NCBI GenBank assembly: GCA_003252225.1
Contig: QKFE01000283.1
Span: 1 to 37,566 of the forward strand
DNA: 37,566 nt
Direction of reading: 5' to 3'
Origin: Kiritimatiellales bacterium
Lineage (GTDB): Bacteria; Verrucomicrobiota; Kiritimatiellia; Kiritimatiellales; Pontiellaceae
Shown here: one piece after another, positions 16,785 through 26,612 of the stretch
Layout of the letters: each line of letters begins with the position of its first letter
Position numbering within the stretch: the first letter of the stretch is position 1
Translations under genes and position numbers: made by a program
The notes under the pieces: generated by a model
What the model was told of the DNA's origin: nothing
Databases searched by the model: none
What the model saw: only the letters and a program-made list of their open reading frames with translations

Positions 16785-17405
16785 ATGATCGGCATTATTG
16801 ACTACGGAATGGGCAACCTCGGCAGTGTTTCGAATGCATTTCGATTTCTCGAACTCGACGCCCGGATCATTACGGCGAAACAGGAGATGGATGGCTGCCG
16901 CGCGCTGGTACTTCCCGGAGTCGGCGCGTTCGGCGACTGTATGTCGCATCTGGTTGAACACGATTTTGCCGACGCCATCCGAAGCTGGGTTTCTGATGGG
17001 AAACCGATGATGGGGATCTGTCTCGGACTACAGGCGCTGTTTGAGTCGTCGGAGGAAACGCCCGGCGTGGAAGGCCTCGGAATCTTCAAAGGGACAGTGA
17101 AACGGTTTAATTTGCCGGCGGAATTAAAGGTTCCGCAGATCGGGTGGAACCGGATGAAGGAAGTGAAGCCCGAATGCCCGATGTTCGAGGGGATTGCCGA
17201 CGGTTCGTTTTTCTACCTTGTCCACTCCTATTATGTCTGCCCGGAAGAGGAACGCATTATCGCCGGACGTACGGATTACGGCATTGATTACTGCACCTGC
17301 GTTTGGAGTGATAATGTGTTTGCCACACAGTTCCATCCTGAAAAGTCGCAGGCGGCCGGCCTGCGGATGCTACGTAATTTCTGGAACTGGGCGGAACAAC
17401 AGTAG
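16785..17405 (+). CDS. hisH: Imidazole glycerol phosphate synthase, glutaminase subunit
   Basis: IIDYGMGNLGSV, LPGVGAF, GICLGLQ, VPQIGWN, YLVHSYY, QFHPEKS. Confidence 0.97.
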   Translation: MIGIIDYGMGNLGSVSNAFRFLELDARIITAKQEMDGCRALVLPGVGAFGDCMSHLVEHDFADAIRSWVSDGKPMMGICLGLQALFESSEETPGVEGLGIFKGTVKRFNLPAELKVPQIGWNRMKEVKPECPMFEGIADGSFFYLVHSYYVCPEEERIIAGRTDYGIDYCTCVWSDNVFATQFHPEKSQAAGLRMLRNFWNWAEQQ

Positions 17406-17500
17406 TCGGTTCGGAATGAGCCGGAAATTGGTATTACTTTAAGCGTGAGCCGCGTCCGTAAACTGTTATTCTCTTCAAGTGTTTCTTTGCGGGAAAATGG

Positions 17501-18967
17501 ATGAACCTGAAAACTAAGATTCTTCTGATTTTGTTTGCGGCGTCAATTGCTTCGGCTCTGGTGACCGGCGCACTGTTGTTTTTCCTCATTAGACTGTTCG
17601 GGCACGCCGCAGGAAGCGGGGGAACCCAGATTCCGATTGTTGTGGGCATTGCGGTGGTCATTTATCTCATTAGCGGCCTGTTCATTCTCGCGCTGCTCAA
17701 TGTGCTGCTCAGTAAAAATGTGATCATGCCCGCCGTTGAGCGTAAAATGATCGATAACGAACGCACGATGCTCACGGAACAGCTGCACCACTCGCAGAAA
17801 ATGGAAGCCGTCGGTCGGCTGGCGGGCAGTATTGCCCACGATTTCAACAACCTGCTGACCATCATCGACGGTTACGCCAGCCTGATCATCGCGAATCCAT
17901 CGGCGGAAGAGGCGGCTAAAAATGCGCAGGAAGTCGTTGGCGCAGCCCGCAAAGCCTCGTTCATTACCCGGAAACTTTTAAGTTTCAGTCAAAAGGAAAA
18001 AACCGAACCCATTCTGCTCGATCTGAATATGACACTGCAGGATGCAGATAAAATGCTCTCCCGGCTCATCGGCGAAAAAATCTCCCTCGTAACCAAGCCG
18101 TACGATGAACCAATCCACGTGCTGGCCGACCCCGTGCAGATGGGGCAGGTTTTGATGAACCTCGCGGTGAATGCCCGCGATGCCATGCCGAAAGGTGGTC
18201 GGATCACGATTAAAGTCAGCAGTAAAACGCTGGCTGACGGCGAGTGCTCAAAGCCGGATGCCTGCCCGCCGGGGGAATATGCCGAGATTTCCGTTCACGA
18301 CACCGGTTTCGGCATCGATGAAGAAACCATGAAGAAAATGTTCGAGGCTTTCTTCACCACCAAACAGCCCGGTAAAGGAACCGGTCTGGGCCTTTCCATC
18401 GTAAAAAGCATCCTGAAAGAAAACAATGGATTTATCGATGTCGTCAGCAAACTGGGGTGCGGCACGACCTTCTTCATTTACCTGCCCATCGCCGATGTTG
18501 AAATTGAGCCGCCTCATCAAATCGAGATAAAGCCCGTTCCGTCCGCCGCCGGGATTCCGGCTTTCGCGAAAGAGGAAAAAGAAAAATCAACCGGCGACGA
18601 AAAAGCCGCCACCATTCTGCTGGTTGAAGATGACCCGATGATCCGGTCGCTTGTTTCGCAGACACTCGAGCTGCAGAACTACAACGTGATACTGGCCGAT
18701 GAAGGGTGGGAGGGCATCAAAGTCGCTCGCAATCATAAAGGTAAAATCGACCTGCTTTTCACCGATGTGGTTATGCCGGGACTGGGCGGTGCCGAACTGG
18801 CGATGGCCGCAAAAGAGCTCTATCCGGAAATCAAGGTGCTTTTTATGTCGGGCTATTCCCGCTCGCAGCTCGAAGAAGAGGGCGTTCCGGCGAACTCCGC
18901 GGTTCTGGAAAAACCGTTTACGCCGGATAAAGTTGTTTCGATGATCCGGCAGCTGCTCGCTACTTAA
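17501..18967 (+). CDS. Hybrid sensor histidine kinase/receiver (CckA-like), 2 TM
   Basis: H-box [12 protein letters not shown]-box [29 protein letters not shown], and receiver LLVEDD..TDVVMPG..KPF. Confidence 0.93.
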   Translation: MNLKTKILLILFAASIASALVTGALLFFLIRLFGHAAGSGGTQIPIVVGIAVVIYLISGLFILALLNVLLSKNVIMPAVERKMIDNERTMLTEQLHHSQKMEAVGRLAGSIAHDFNNLLTIIDGYASLIIANPSAEEAAKNAQEVVGAARKASFITRKLLSFSQKEKTEPILLDLNMTLQDADKMLSRLIGEKISLVTKPYDEPIHVLADPVQMGQVLMNLAVNARDAMPKGGRITIKVSSKTLADGECSKPDACPPGEYAEISVHDTGFGIDEETMKKMFEAFFTTKQPGKGTGLGLSIVKSILKENNGFIDVVSKLGCGTTFFIYLPIADVEIEPPHQIEIKPVPSAAGIPAFAKEEKEKSTGDEKAATILLVEDDPMIRSLVSQTLELQNYNVILADEGWEGIKVARNHKGKIDLLFTDVVMPGLGGAELAMAAKELYPEIKVLFMSGYSRSQLEEEGVPANSAVLEKPFTPDKVVSMIRQLLAT

Positions 18968-19739
18968 TGCGAACCGATTCACCGGCATACGCCGGAATCC
19001 AGCAGGTCTGCCCGTCCGCCAAACGGATATGCTTCCAATCGCCGCGGATTTCAACGGTTTCAAATTCCGTCCCCGAATGCAGCGGATCCTGAAATGCCGG
19101 GGCATAGCGTTCGCCGTTTCCTTGACGGGCCAGTATTTCCTTCGCCGTAATCACGCCGGGTTCAGCGTTGCGTTCGCGCAGGGTTTCAATTGAGAGCGAA
19201 GCCAGCAGCAGAATGGAGACGGAACCGAAAACAGCGACTGAAACCGTTGCTTCCCGTTTCCGGGTTTTTGACCGCCAAATCCACGCTCCCCAAAACAAAA
19301 GCCAGCAGATCGCAAAAAGCAGCCAGCGGATTTGAATCGGTGCGTTATGCCACCAAAGCAGGCGGGCCGCCAACGGATGCGGCGGTTTCGGGGGAATCAG
19401 ATCGGTGCGTTTTTCGAGCGCGGTTTTCAGATTATGCTGCAGGTTTTCATCGTTCCCCAGAAAAACTTCGGCGCGGCGGTAATTCAGAATCGCCCGACCG
19501 AGGTCGCCGGCCATAAACCAGCAGTTTCCCAGCGTATAAAAAAGGCGGCCGTTTTGAATGCCCTCTTCCTTAACCAGATATTGGTATTGCTGCGCAGCTT
19601 CCGCATACATGGCGGAATTGGTCGCGGAATTAAACAGGGCATGGGCCTGTTCCAGCGTCTGTTCGCGGTAATCTTTCGCGGCAGACAGACGCGCTGCGGC
19701 CAGCAGGATAAAAACGGCGGAGATCAGTATCCGTTTCAT
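18960..19739 (-). CDS. batE: BatE-like TPR + SH3 protein
   Basis: YTLGNCWFMAGDLGRAILNYRRA TPR, 2 TM, and C-terminal LHSGTEF...GDWKHIRLADGQTCWIP SH3; last gene of the bat operon. Confidence 0.85.
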   Translation of the reverse strand: MKRILISAVFILLAAARLSAAKDYREQTLEQAHALFNSATNSAMYAEAAQQYQYLVKEEGIQNGRLFYTLGNCWFMAGDLGRAILNYRRAEVFLGNDENLQHNLKTALEKRTDLIPPKPPHPLAARLLWWHNAPIQIRWLLFAICWLLFWGAWIWRSKTRKREATVSVAVFGSVSILLLASLSIETLRERNAEPGVITAKEILARQGNGERYAPAFQDPLHSGTEFETVEIRGDWKHIRLADGQTCWIPAYAGESVRIK

Positions 19740-21541
19740 TTCAGGCTCCTTTCCAGCGCCTTCACGGTTTGGACGGCATCTTTAACAATCGCGCGGGCAT
19801 CGGCGGTTTCATCGTAGCCCTCCGTAAAGCGGTAGGCTTCGCAGACGGCGAAAAGCTGCCGCAGTTTTTCAATATCCGCCGGGTCGGCTTTTGCCATTTT
19901 CAGTTCGGCTTCGCGGAACGAAAGCGCGCCCGGATTCAGGTGGAGTCGGTCGCCGAGATAGGCGCGCAGTATTTCGTCGAGGTCGCCGTAAATTTCGGCT
20001 TTTAGCGCGTGGTTCCGGGCAATGTGCGCGGTGTTGCGTTTGAAAACCTTGAAGGCGCGCGCCGCTTTTGCGGTGCGGTGAATATGGTGTTTTTTCTCGC
20101 CGAAAAAGGCGGTGAGTCCGACGCCGATGACCAGTAGCGGCGGTGTAAAAAGGAGGGCGAAAACGAGGGCGGGATGTTTGCAGCCGAAGAGCGGAATCGG
20201 GCGCGATTTCAGCATATCCGGGTTTTCATAATTGTGCCGTATTCCGCCTTCGGCGGCGCGCAGCTGCGATTGAAAATGGCCCCCGGAAAAAATACCGACT
20301 GCTTCCGCCGGGCTGACATTCAACGGAATGGGGGCGGTTACGGCGGTGATAAAGGCGTTCGATGCCGGGCTGAAATAAGCGAGCTGGATCGGCGGGATTT
20401 CGGTCTGGTCTGCCGACAGCGCGCGGAGGGTTTGGGTGTAAATTTTGGTTTTACCGGAACGCTGCGGCAGAGCCCGATCGACCGGAATTTCAAATCTATT
20501 CACGAGCAGCGGTTGATAGCGCAGCGGCGGCAGCTGAATGTTTTCGAGGTGTTCTTTCGACGTGATTTTGATCGTCAGCGTGATCGGTTCGCCGACGCGG
20601 ACGGCGGTCGGCTCGGCTTCGGCTGTAATCGTGAAATCGCCGACCATTCCGTTAAACAGCTCCGGGCGGTTTGCGGAGGGCAGTGGCTTCACAATAAGCG
20701 TCAGCGGCGCGGCTTCCGTGAAAATACGGTCATAATTTTCGCCGGCGACATTCTGGTCGAAAAACGTGTTGTCGAAATAGGCCGGATACTGGAATGCCGG
20801 ACGGCGCGGTTTTTTGTCCGGAGCCAGTTTTTCAGCGGCGCACAGCAGCGTCGCCGACGGAATCGTCAGGCTTCCGCTCTTTTCCGGAATGAGTATTTTG
20901 CTGAACGTGAGCGACTGGTGTTGTTCACCGTCCGCCTCAAAACTGTTCCGGCTTGCAAGCACCCGGGTTCCATGAACCGGCAGTCCGGTGGTCTGCTCTT
21001 TCGACTCTTTGCCCGGCTCATACATTTCGAGCACCTGAAAACGCGGGTCATTCAGCACCGGAAAATTGAGATCCACCGCTTTGATCGACGCGAAGGGGTA
21101 GACCGTATCCCACGTGGTTTCCAGCACCACCGGTTCGCCGGCAAAAACCTCCTTCTTCGACAGCGTCTGCTTCAGTTTCATCCGGTCGCTGCTTTGCGGT
21201 TTAATGGCATCAATCCGGATGGCGTCGGTTTGAAGTGATCCGAATTTAAGCGGCGGGAAAGTCAGCTGGCCCTCGCGGACGGCGCGCGCCGCAATGCGGT
21301 AAAACCAGGTATTTGTTTCGCCGGCTGTCGGGCCGGAAGCGTTAAGGGTAAGGTTGAAATCGCCGGATTCATCCAACGGCGGCGTGTCCGGCTGCTGCTC
21401 TGCTTTCACCACAATATCGATGTTGAAAACCTGCCCGAGAAAGACGTTTGTTTCCGCCGCTTTGGCGAAGGCATAGTTTTCCGCCGCCGTAAAAGGCGCG
21501 GTCAGGCAGGCCGACACTAAAAACAGGGGAATAATTTTCAT
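19736..21541 (-). CDS. batD: BatD family oxygen-tolerance protein
   Basis: Signal peptide, Ig-like repeats, VKPLP..NRPELFNGMVGDF, VRVGEPITLTIKI, C-terminal TM; TAATG overlap with the upstream gene. Confidence 0.88.
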   Translation of the reverse strand: MKIIPLFLVSACLTAPFTAAENYAFAKAAETNVFLGQVFNIDIVVKAEQQPDTPPLDESGDFNLTLNASGPTAGETNTWFYRIAARAVREGQLTFPPLKFGSLQTDAIRIDAIKPQSSDRMKLKQTLSKKEVFAGEPVVLETTWDTVYPFASIKAVDLNFPVLNDPRFQVLEMYEPGKESKEQTTGLPVHGTRVLASRNSFEADGEQHQSLTFSKILIPEKSGSLTIPSATLLCAAEKLAPDKKPRRPAFQYPAYFDNTFFDQNVAGENYDRIFTEAAPLTLIVKPLPSANRPELFNGMVGDFTITAEAEPTAVRVGEPITLTIKITSKEHLENIQLPPLRYQPLLVNRFEIPVDRALPQRSGKTKIYTQTLRALSADQTEIPPIQLAYFSPASNAFITAVTAPIPLNVSPAEAVGIFSGGHFQSQLRAAEGGIRHNYENPDMLKSRPIPLFGCKHPALVFALLFTPPLLVIGVGLTAFFGEKKHHIHRTAKAARAFKVFKRNTAHIARNHALKAEIYGDLDEILRAYLGDRLHLNPGALSFREAELKMAKADPADIEKLRQLFAVCEAYRFTEGYDETADARAIVKDAVQTVKALERSLK

Positions 21542-22605
21542 TACCAATCCTTCTCTGCCGGTTTGTATTCACCGCTTTTCTTTTCTTTCCGGAGTTCCTG
21601 ATTCCGGATCTCTTCGGCCAGAATATCCATTTCGGTCTGGTTCGGCGGCGGAACTCCGCGGATCTCCTCATATTCGGAAAAATCGCCGAACGGATCCGCC
21701 TCTTCATACATGTCAGAATCTTTGTCGCTCTGCTCATATTCCATATCCGAATCGGCATATTCCTCCGACTTTTCATCGGTTTCCTCGCCCTGCTTATTCG
21801 GATCCTGCGGCGCGGCGCCCAGTGCCGCAACCAGCTCCGCCAAAGCTGTCGGCTGATCCGGAATGGTCATCGCATCCGCGGCCCGCGCGATATGTTCAAA
21901 CGTCTCTTTCAGCGGCCCCGGCGCGGCACTGCCGTCCGGCAGCGGAAAATCCTTATGCAACCCCGTCGCTGCAATGGCATCGGCTAATTCCCGTGTATCG
22001 GTTTCCAGTGAGTTCTGCGGTGTGCCGGTCTGCTGCTGCTCAATCAGTTCCGTCTGCCGCTGAATAAACTCTTCGAGCTTTTCGCGGACATACCGGAAAA
22101 ACTCATTCTGCTGCTGTTCCTGCTCTTTCTTCTGCTGAATTTCGCCTTCAATATCGGCGGTGATCAGCCCGGCGATTTCAAGGTTATATGCCGCGTCGGA
22201 AAACTGCGGGTCGATGTCGAGCGCGGCGCGGTACATCCACGCCGCCTGCCGGCAATACGCGCCGGCGGAATGCAGGTCGGTTTCCCGGAACCCTTCGCCG
22301 GTTTTCACCAGCGCATTGCCCATATTATACAGCGCGCGCGCGCGCAGCGTTTCCGAGTTCGACGCCGCAAATTCAAAGGCGGAAATCGCCGCTTCATATT
22401 GTTTTGCGCGGTAAAGAGCCGTTCCGAGGTTGTAATAAATTTCGGCGGAATTCGGCGCCTGTTCGAGTGCCTTTTCATAGAGTTCAATCGCCGTTTCATT
22501 TTTCCCTTCCGCCAGCGCCCGGTTTCCGGTTTTAAAAATAATTCCCGGTGACGCAACGGTGTTGAACGCCGCGAGCAGAGTTGAAATGAGCAGAAGAAAT
22601 CTCAC
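21541..22605 (-). CDS. batC: BatC-like TPR protein with an acidic C-terminal tail ending in KDW
   Basis: YYNLGTALYR, ALYNMGNAL and DAAYNLE TPR motifs, ...EKDW terminus; the GTG at 22605 overlaps the batB TGA. Confidence 0.8.
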   Translation of the reverse strand: MRFLLLISTLLAAFNTVASPGIIFKTGNRALAEGKNETAIELYEKALEQAPNSAEIYYNLGTALYRAKQYEAAISAFEFAASNSETLRARALYNMGNALVKTGEGFRETDLHSAGAYCRQAAWMYRAALDIDPQFSDAAYNLEIAGLITADIEGEIQQKKEQEQQQNEFFRYVREKLEEFIQRQTELIEQQQTGTPQNSLETDTRELADAIAATGLHKDFPLPDGSAAPGPLKETFEHIARAADAMTIPDQPTALAELVAALGAAPQDPNKQGEETDEKSEEYADSDMEYEQSDKDSDMYEEADPFGDFSEYEEIRGVPPPNQTEMDILAEEIRNQELRKEKKSGEYKPAEKDW

Positions 22606-23591
22606 CGCTTTTCCCTCCACCGGTTGGAGACCAGCAGCGCAACCGCGGCCATTGAAAGAAAGAGGTGGAATTTTTCTTCGTAGCGCTCCACCACCTTTTG
22701 ATCCGTTGAAGTCCGCTCGGCGTTTTCCATTACCTGTTGGTAAATCCGGGCGAGATCAAATACGCCGTTGCCGACATCAAAATAAATCCCGTCCGTCGAA
22801 GCGGAAACCATGTTGCGCAGCGTTTCCGACTGTAGTTTCGTCCACACTTCCCTGTTGTCGTGTTTCATGAACGTACGGGTTCCGGTTTCTTCGTCTTCGA
22901 GGGCAATACGGCTTCCGCGCGTCCGGTCGCCGAGCCCGATGGCAATCAGCCGTACACCGGCGTCGTTCAGTTTTTTAACCGCATCGATTTCATCGTCGCC
23001 TTCAATCAGATCTTCGCCGTCGGTAATCAGAATCAGATCCTGCATTCCCGCTTTTTCGGGGGCAACCAGTTTTTCGAGCGTACGCTCAACGGCGTGCGCA
23101 ACCATCGTGCCGCCGACCGCGACACTGTCGGGCGAAGCCTGCCGCAGCGCCATTCGGAAATAGTCGTAATCAACGGTGAGCGGGCAGCGTATTTCCGCCG
23201 AACCGGCAAACAGCACCAGCCCGACGCGGTCGCCGGACAGCCCTTCGACGCAATCGAGTATCGCCGTCTTTGCATTTTCAAGCCGGTTTGGGTGCATGTC
23301 TTCGGCCAGCATACTCCGGGATACATCGAGCAGGAAAATCACATCGCGCCCGGTTTCCTGCAAATGCTGTTCTTCGAGATTCCACGCCGGACGCGCCAGC
23401 GCAGTGATCACAAAAGCAATTGCAAGGCAGCCGCCGACGGCTTCGCGCTTCCGGCTGATCGCCTGCGCTTCCGCGCCGAATGCTTTTATGGCCTGTTTGC
23501 GTTTAAGTGAGGCATAAAGAAAAAGTCCGGCAACGACAGGCACCAGCCATAGCCACAGCAATGCGGTCGGATGATAAAAATAAACCGGCAT
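22602..23591 (-). CDS. batB: BatB VWA-domain protein
   Basis: ALARP, MIDAS DVSRSM, PNRLENAK, GDRVGLVLFAG, PLTVDY, LITDGED. Confidence 0.9.
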   Translation of the reverse strand: MPVYFYHPTALLWLWLVPVVAGLFLYASLKRKQAIKAFGAEAQAISRKREAVGGCLAIAFVITALARPAWNLEEQHLQETGRDVIFLLDVSRSMLAEDMHPNRLENAKTAILDCVEGLSGDRVGLVLFAGSAEIRCPLTVDYDYFRMALRQASPDSVAVGGTMVAHAVERTLEKLVAPEKAGMQDLILITDGEDLIEGDDEIDAVKKLNDAGVRLIAIGLGDRTRGSRIALEDEETGTRTFMKHDNREVWTKLQSETLRNMVSASTDGIYFDVGNGVFDLARIYQQVMENAERTSTDQKVVERYEEKFHLFLSMAAVALLVSNRWREKR

Positions 23592-23606
23592 CAGGAGAAA
23601 CCTCCT

Positions 23607-23720
23607 GAATTAAGAATTACGATTTCAGAATGAAGAATGGATAGCAGGGGATTCTCCGGATGCTTAAACAAAAGCGTCGCAGGCCCATCATTCTTAATTC
23701 CAAATTCTACATTCTTCATT
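23607..23720. repeat. Gene-less heptamer-repeat palindrome (MITE-like), sister of the four-helix-bundle element
   Basis: The left arm 23608-23638 is 30/31 identical to 26554-26584. The right arm 23689-23720 is about 24/32 complementary to the left arm. Confidence 0.85.
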
Positions 23721-24752
23721 TTACGGAATCCTCCTGAGCCAGGTGGTTGTCAGAGCTGAATGCGTCACAAGCAGCAAAAGGCTGATGGCGGCGAACGGTT
23801 GGAAGCGGTCTTTATAGGTGTGGTATTTGTCCGACTCGATCTCGCTTTTTTCCATCGCGTTGATTTCGTCGTACACATCCCGCAGGGATGCGTCGTCCGT
23901 TGCGCGGCGGTAAATGCCGCCGGTGGTTTCGGCCATCTTCTGCAGAATACGTTCCTGCACCAGCGGCTCCTCTTCCACCTGAACGGCGCCTTCGGGTGTT
24001 TGAATGGTTTTCATTTCCGGCGGGTCGGTGATCGCGATGGTATGCAGCCGGATGCCCCAGTGTTCGGCCAGCGCCGCGCCTTCCATCGGCAGATGCCGCC
24101 CGCAGTTATTGTTCCCGTCTGTCAGCAGGATGATGACTTTGCTTTTAATGGTGTATCCGGCTTTCTCGTCATCCGCCGCATACCGCTCTTCGGCGGTTTG
24201 AAGTCGGGCGGCGGCCAGCGCAACCGCATCGCCGAATGCCGTACCGTCTTCGTTCGGGCGCGATTCAATTTCCAGTTCGCTGATAAAATAATGCAGCGAG
24301 TCGTGGCTCAATGTCAGCGGACAGACGGTATCGGCATACCGCGCGAACGTGATCAGTCCGATCAAATCATCGGGCCGTTCTCCGGTGAACTGTTCCACCA
24401 CTTTTTTCGTCACTTCCATCCGGCTCAGGGTGGTGTCCTGATAGGGCATGGAAATATCCATTGAGCTTGAAATATCGACCACCAGTTCGATTGCGATGCC
24501 CTCTTTCGGAATCCCGCCGGTCATGTCTTTTATCTGCGGACGGGTCGCGGCGATAATCAGCAGGGTCAGCGCCGCGACCTGCAGCCAGAAAAGCAGCGGC
24601 ATAAAACGGAGGCGTGTTGAGTGCGGAACTTTTTTGAATGCCGAAAGGGAGGAAAAGGACAGCGCCGTATTTCCCGTCCGGCGAAAATGGTCGATGATCA
24701 TTTTCAGCAACGGCAGCAGCAGAAGCAGCATCCACGGAAGGGCTAGGCGCAC
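23721..24752 (-). CDS. batA: BatA VWA-domain protein
   Basis: AATRPQ, GIAIELVVDISSSM (MIDAS), DLIGLITFA, PLTL, GTAFGDA, LLTDGNNN, ETTGG, ends RRIP. Confidence 0.92.
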   Translation of the reverse strand: MRLALPWMLLLLLPLLKMIIDHFRRTGNTALSFSSLSAFKKVPHSTRLRFMPLLFWLQVAALTLLIIAATRPQIKDMTGGIPKEGIAIELVVDISSSMDISMPYQDTTLSRMEVTKKVVEQFTGERPDDLIGLITFARYADTVCPLTLSHDSLHYFISELEIESRPNEDGTAFGDAVALAAARLQTAEERYAADDEKAGYTIKSKVIILLTDGNNNCGRHLPMEGAALAEHWGIRLHTIAITDPPEMKTIQTPEGAVQVEEEPLVQERILQKMAETTGGIYRRATDDASLRDVYDEINAMEKSEIESDKYHTYKDRFQPFAAISLLLLVTHSALTTTWLRRIP

Positions 24753-25663
24753 GGCTCTTCCTCCTTCATTGCGTCAATGAATTCGCGGATATAAAGTTCA
24801 AACGCTTCGGTAAATTCGGCGGTGATTTTATTGGAAAAACGTGCCTGTTCGCTCTGGGTTAAAAAGGCCTCCAGTTTTTCCCGCCGACCGAGCAGAATCT
24901 CTTTGGGCAGCAGCGGGAAAAGTTCGGCGGTTGTTTTCACCTGCGCCGGCAGCGCAAATTTTGCAGCGATAAAATTGCGGAGAATCAGATCCAGTCCATC
25001 GAGCCGCGGTATCAGCTCAACCGGCAGTTGGTCGAGTTCGCGCAAGGCGGTGATATAGGGAGGTTCCACCGGTTCAGCTTTTCTCTTCCGCTGTTTAACG
25101 GACAGCGCAATCGCGGCGATGAACAGCACCGCAACCGCGGCGGCGATAAAACGGTGCTGCATTTTCTGCTGTTCCGGCAGCAGGGCAAGAGCCGGGGCAA
25201 TATCTTTGATTTCAAACGCATCGGCGCCTTCGGGCAGAATGGAGGCAACGTGAACTGAAACCGCTTTGGTGTGCAGTGAAAAGCCGTTGGCGGTCACTTC
25301 GATCGGCTGGAGTGAATAATCGCCGGGTACGGGCGGGAGCAGTTCCCAAACCTGCCGGTGCAGCAGTTTGCCGTTGGGCAGGGTCTGCAGGGGTTCAGTG
25401 TAACTGTTTCCGATGCTGAACGGCTCCGTTTCATCTTTCAGCGAAGGAAGAGTTACCGCCATATTCTGCGGCGTGTGCACGTCCAGCATCAGTTGTATTT
25501 TGCCCGATGTGCTGATGTTGGTTTCGCTGACGGTAAAAAGAACGGTGACCGATTCCTGCCGGAACTGCTGAGTTAAAACCGGTTCGGTCGAATAGGGGGT
25601 GGTTTCGGGTTTTTTTGAGCAGCCGGCAAGCAGCACTAAACAAAGCAGGGCAAACTTTTTCAC
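24743..25663 (-). CDS. Bat-operon lipoprotein (DUF4381/BatD-like)
   Basis: Lipobox LLAG|C, Ig-like domain, EIKDI, TM, PPYITALREL...TTAEL...ARFS. Confidence 0.8.
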   Translation of the reverse strand: MKKFALLCLVLLAGCSKKPETTPYSTEPVLTQQFRQESVTVLFTVSETNISTSGKIQLMLDVHTPQNMAVTLPSLKDETEPFSIGNSYTEPLQTLPNGKLLHRQVWELLPPVPGDYSLQPIEVTANGFSLHTKAVSVHVASILPEGADAFEIKDIAPALALLPEQQKMQHRFIAAAVAVLFIAAIALSVKQRKRKAEPVEPPYITALRELDQLPVELIPRLDGLDLILRNFIAAKFALPAQVKTTAELFPLLPKEILLGRREKLEAFLTQSEQARFSNKITAEFTEAFELYIREFIDAMKEEEPCA

Positions 25664-26550
25664 AGCGTCTGCCTCCGCTCGCGGGTTTGGAAAAAGCGGA
25701 TGAGATCAATCATGTAGTCGCGGTTGGTGTGAATATCGATCTGGTCAATATTCAGCCGGGCAAGCGTATCTTTGATTTCGAGGTGCCGGGCTTTGGCGGC
25801 GATGCTGAAGTTTTTACGTGCGGCGGCACTGGCGGTATCGACCAGTATCTGTTCGCCGGTTTCGGCATCGGTCAGTTCAACGAGTCCGGCATTGGGCAGT
25901 TCGAGTTCGCGCGGATCGGTGACGGTGATGGCGATAAGGTCGTAATGGAATGCAGCCAGTTTGAGCGAGCGGCTGTAGTCCGAATCCTGAAAGTCGGAGA
26001 TCAAAAACGTGACGCATTTTTTCTTCACCATTTTTCCGAGGTAATCGAGCGCACAGGAAATACAGGTTCCTTTGCCTTTCGGTTTGAAGCTGAGGATTTC
26101 GCGGATGATATGCAGCACATGCGTCTGCCCTTTATCCGGCGCAATGAACAGTTCGATTTTATCGGTGAAAATGATCAGCCCGACCTTGTCGTTGTTTTTA
26201 ATGGCTGAAAAGGCCAGCAGACCGCACAGTTCGGCGGCGATTTCATTTTTAGATTTTCCGGCGGATCCGAACGTTCCGGATGCCGACATATCGACGAGGA
26301 AAAAGAGCGCCTGTTCCCGCTCTTCGATGAAGCGTTTGACGAACGGTTTTCCGGTTCGCGCGGTGACGTTCCAGTCGATGGTGCGGATTTCGTCTCCGGG
26401 CATGTATTCGCGCACTTCGTCGAATTCCATCCCGCGCCCTTTGAAGACACTTTTATATTCACCGCCCAAAAGCTCGTTCACCACCTTCCGACTTTTAATG
26501 TCGATTTGGCGGACGCGTTTGAGGAGGTCTTTTTCTTTTGGTTCGGCCAT
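25660..26550 (-). CDS. DUF58 domain protein (MoxR partner)
   Basis: GEYKSVFKGRGMEFDEVREYMPGDEIRTIDWNVTAR, VDMSASG, ISDF. Confidence 0.95.
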   Translation of the reverse strand: MAEPKEKDLLKRVRQIDIKSRKVVNELLGGEYKSVFKGRGMEFDEVREYMPGDEIRTIDWNVTARTGKPFVKRFIEEREQALFFLVDMSASGTFGSAGKSKNEIAAELCGLLAFSAIKNNDKVGLIIFTDKIELFIAPDKGQTHVLHIIREILSFKPKGKGTCISCALDYLGKMVKKKCVTFLISDFQDSDYSRSLKLAAFHYDLIAITVTDPRELELPNAGLVELTDAETGEQILVDTASAAARKNFSIAAKARHLEIKDTLARLNIDQIDIHTNRDYMIDLIRFFQTRERRQTL

Positions 26551-26552
26551 GA

Positions 26553-26612
26553 AAATTAAGAATTAAGATTTCAGAATGAAGAATTGCGGGCGGGGATACC
26601 CCGCACCCCTTT
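26553..26612. repeat. Inverted repeat arm A: heptamers aattaag/atttcag/aatgaag plus a GC hairpin gcgggg-ata-ccccgc
   Basis: Reverse complement of 27031-27090 with 3 mismatches. Confidence 0.95.

Noticed and set aside
22332-22345. (GC)7 run in batC as a phase-variation tract
   Set aside because: It is in frame, encodes ordinary LRARAL TPR residues, and is expected at this GC content.
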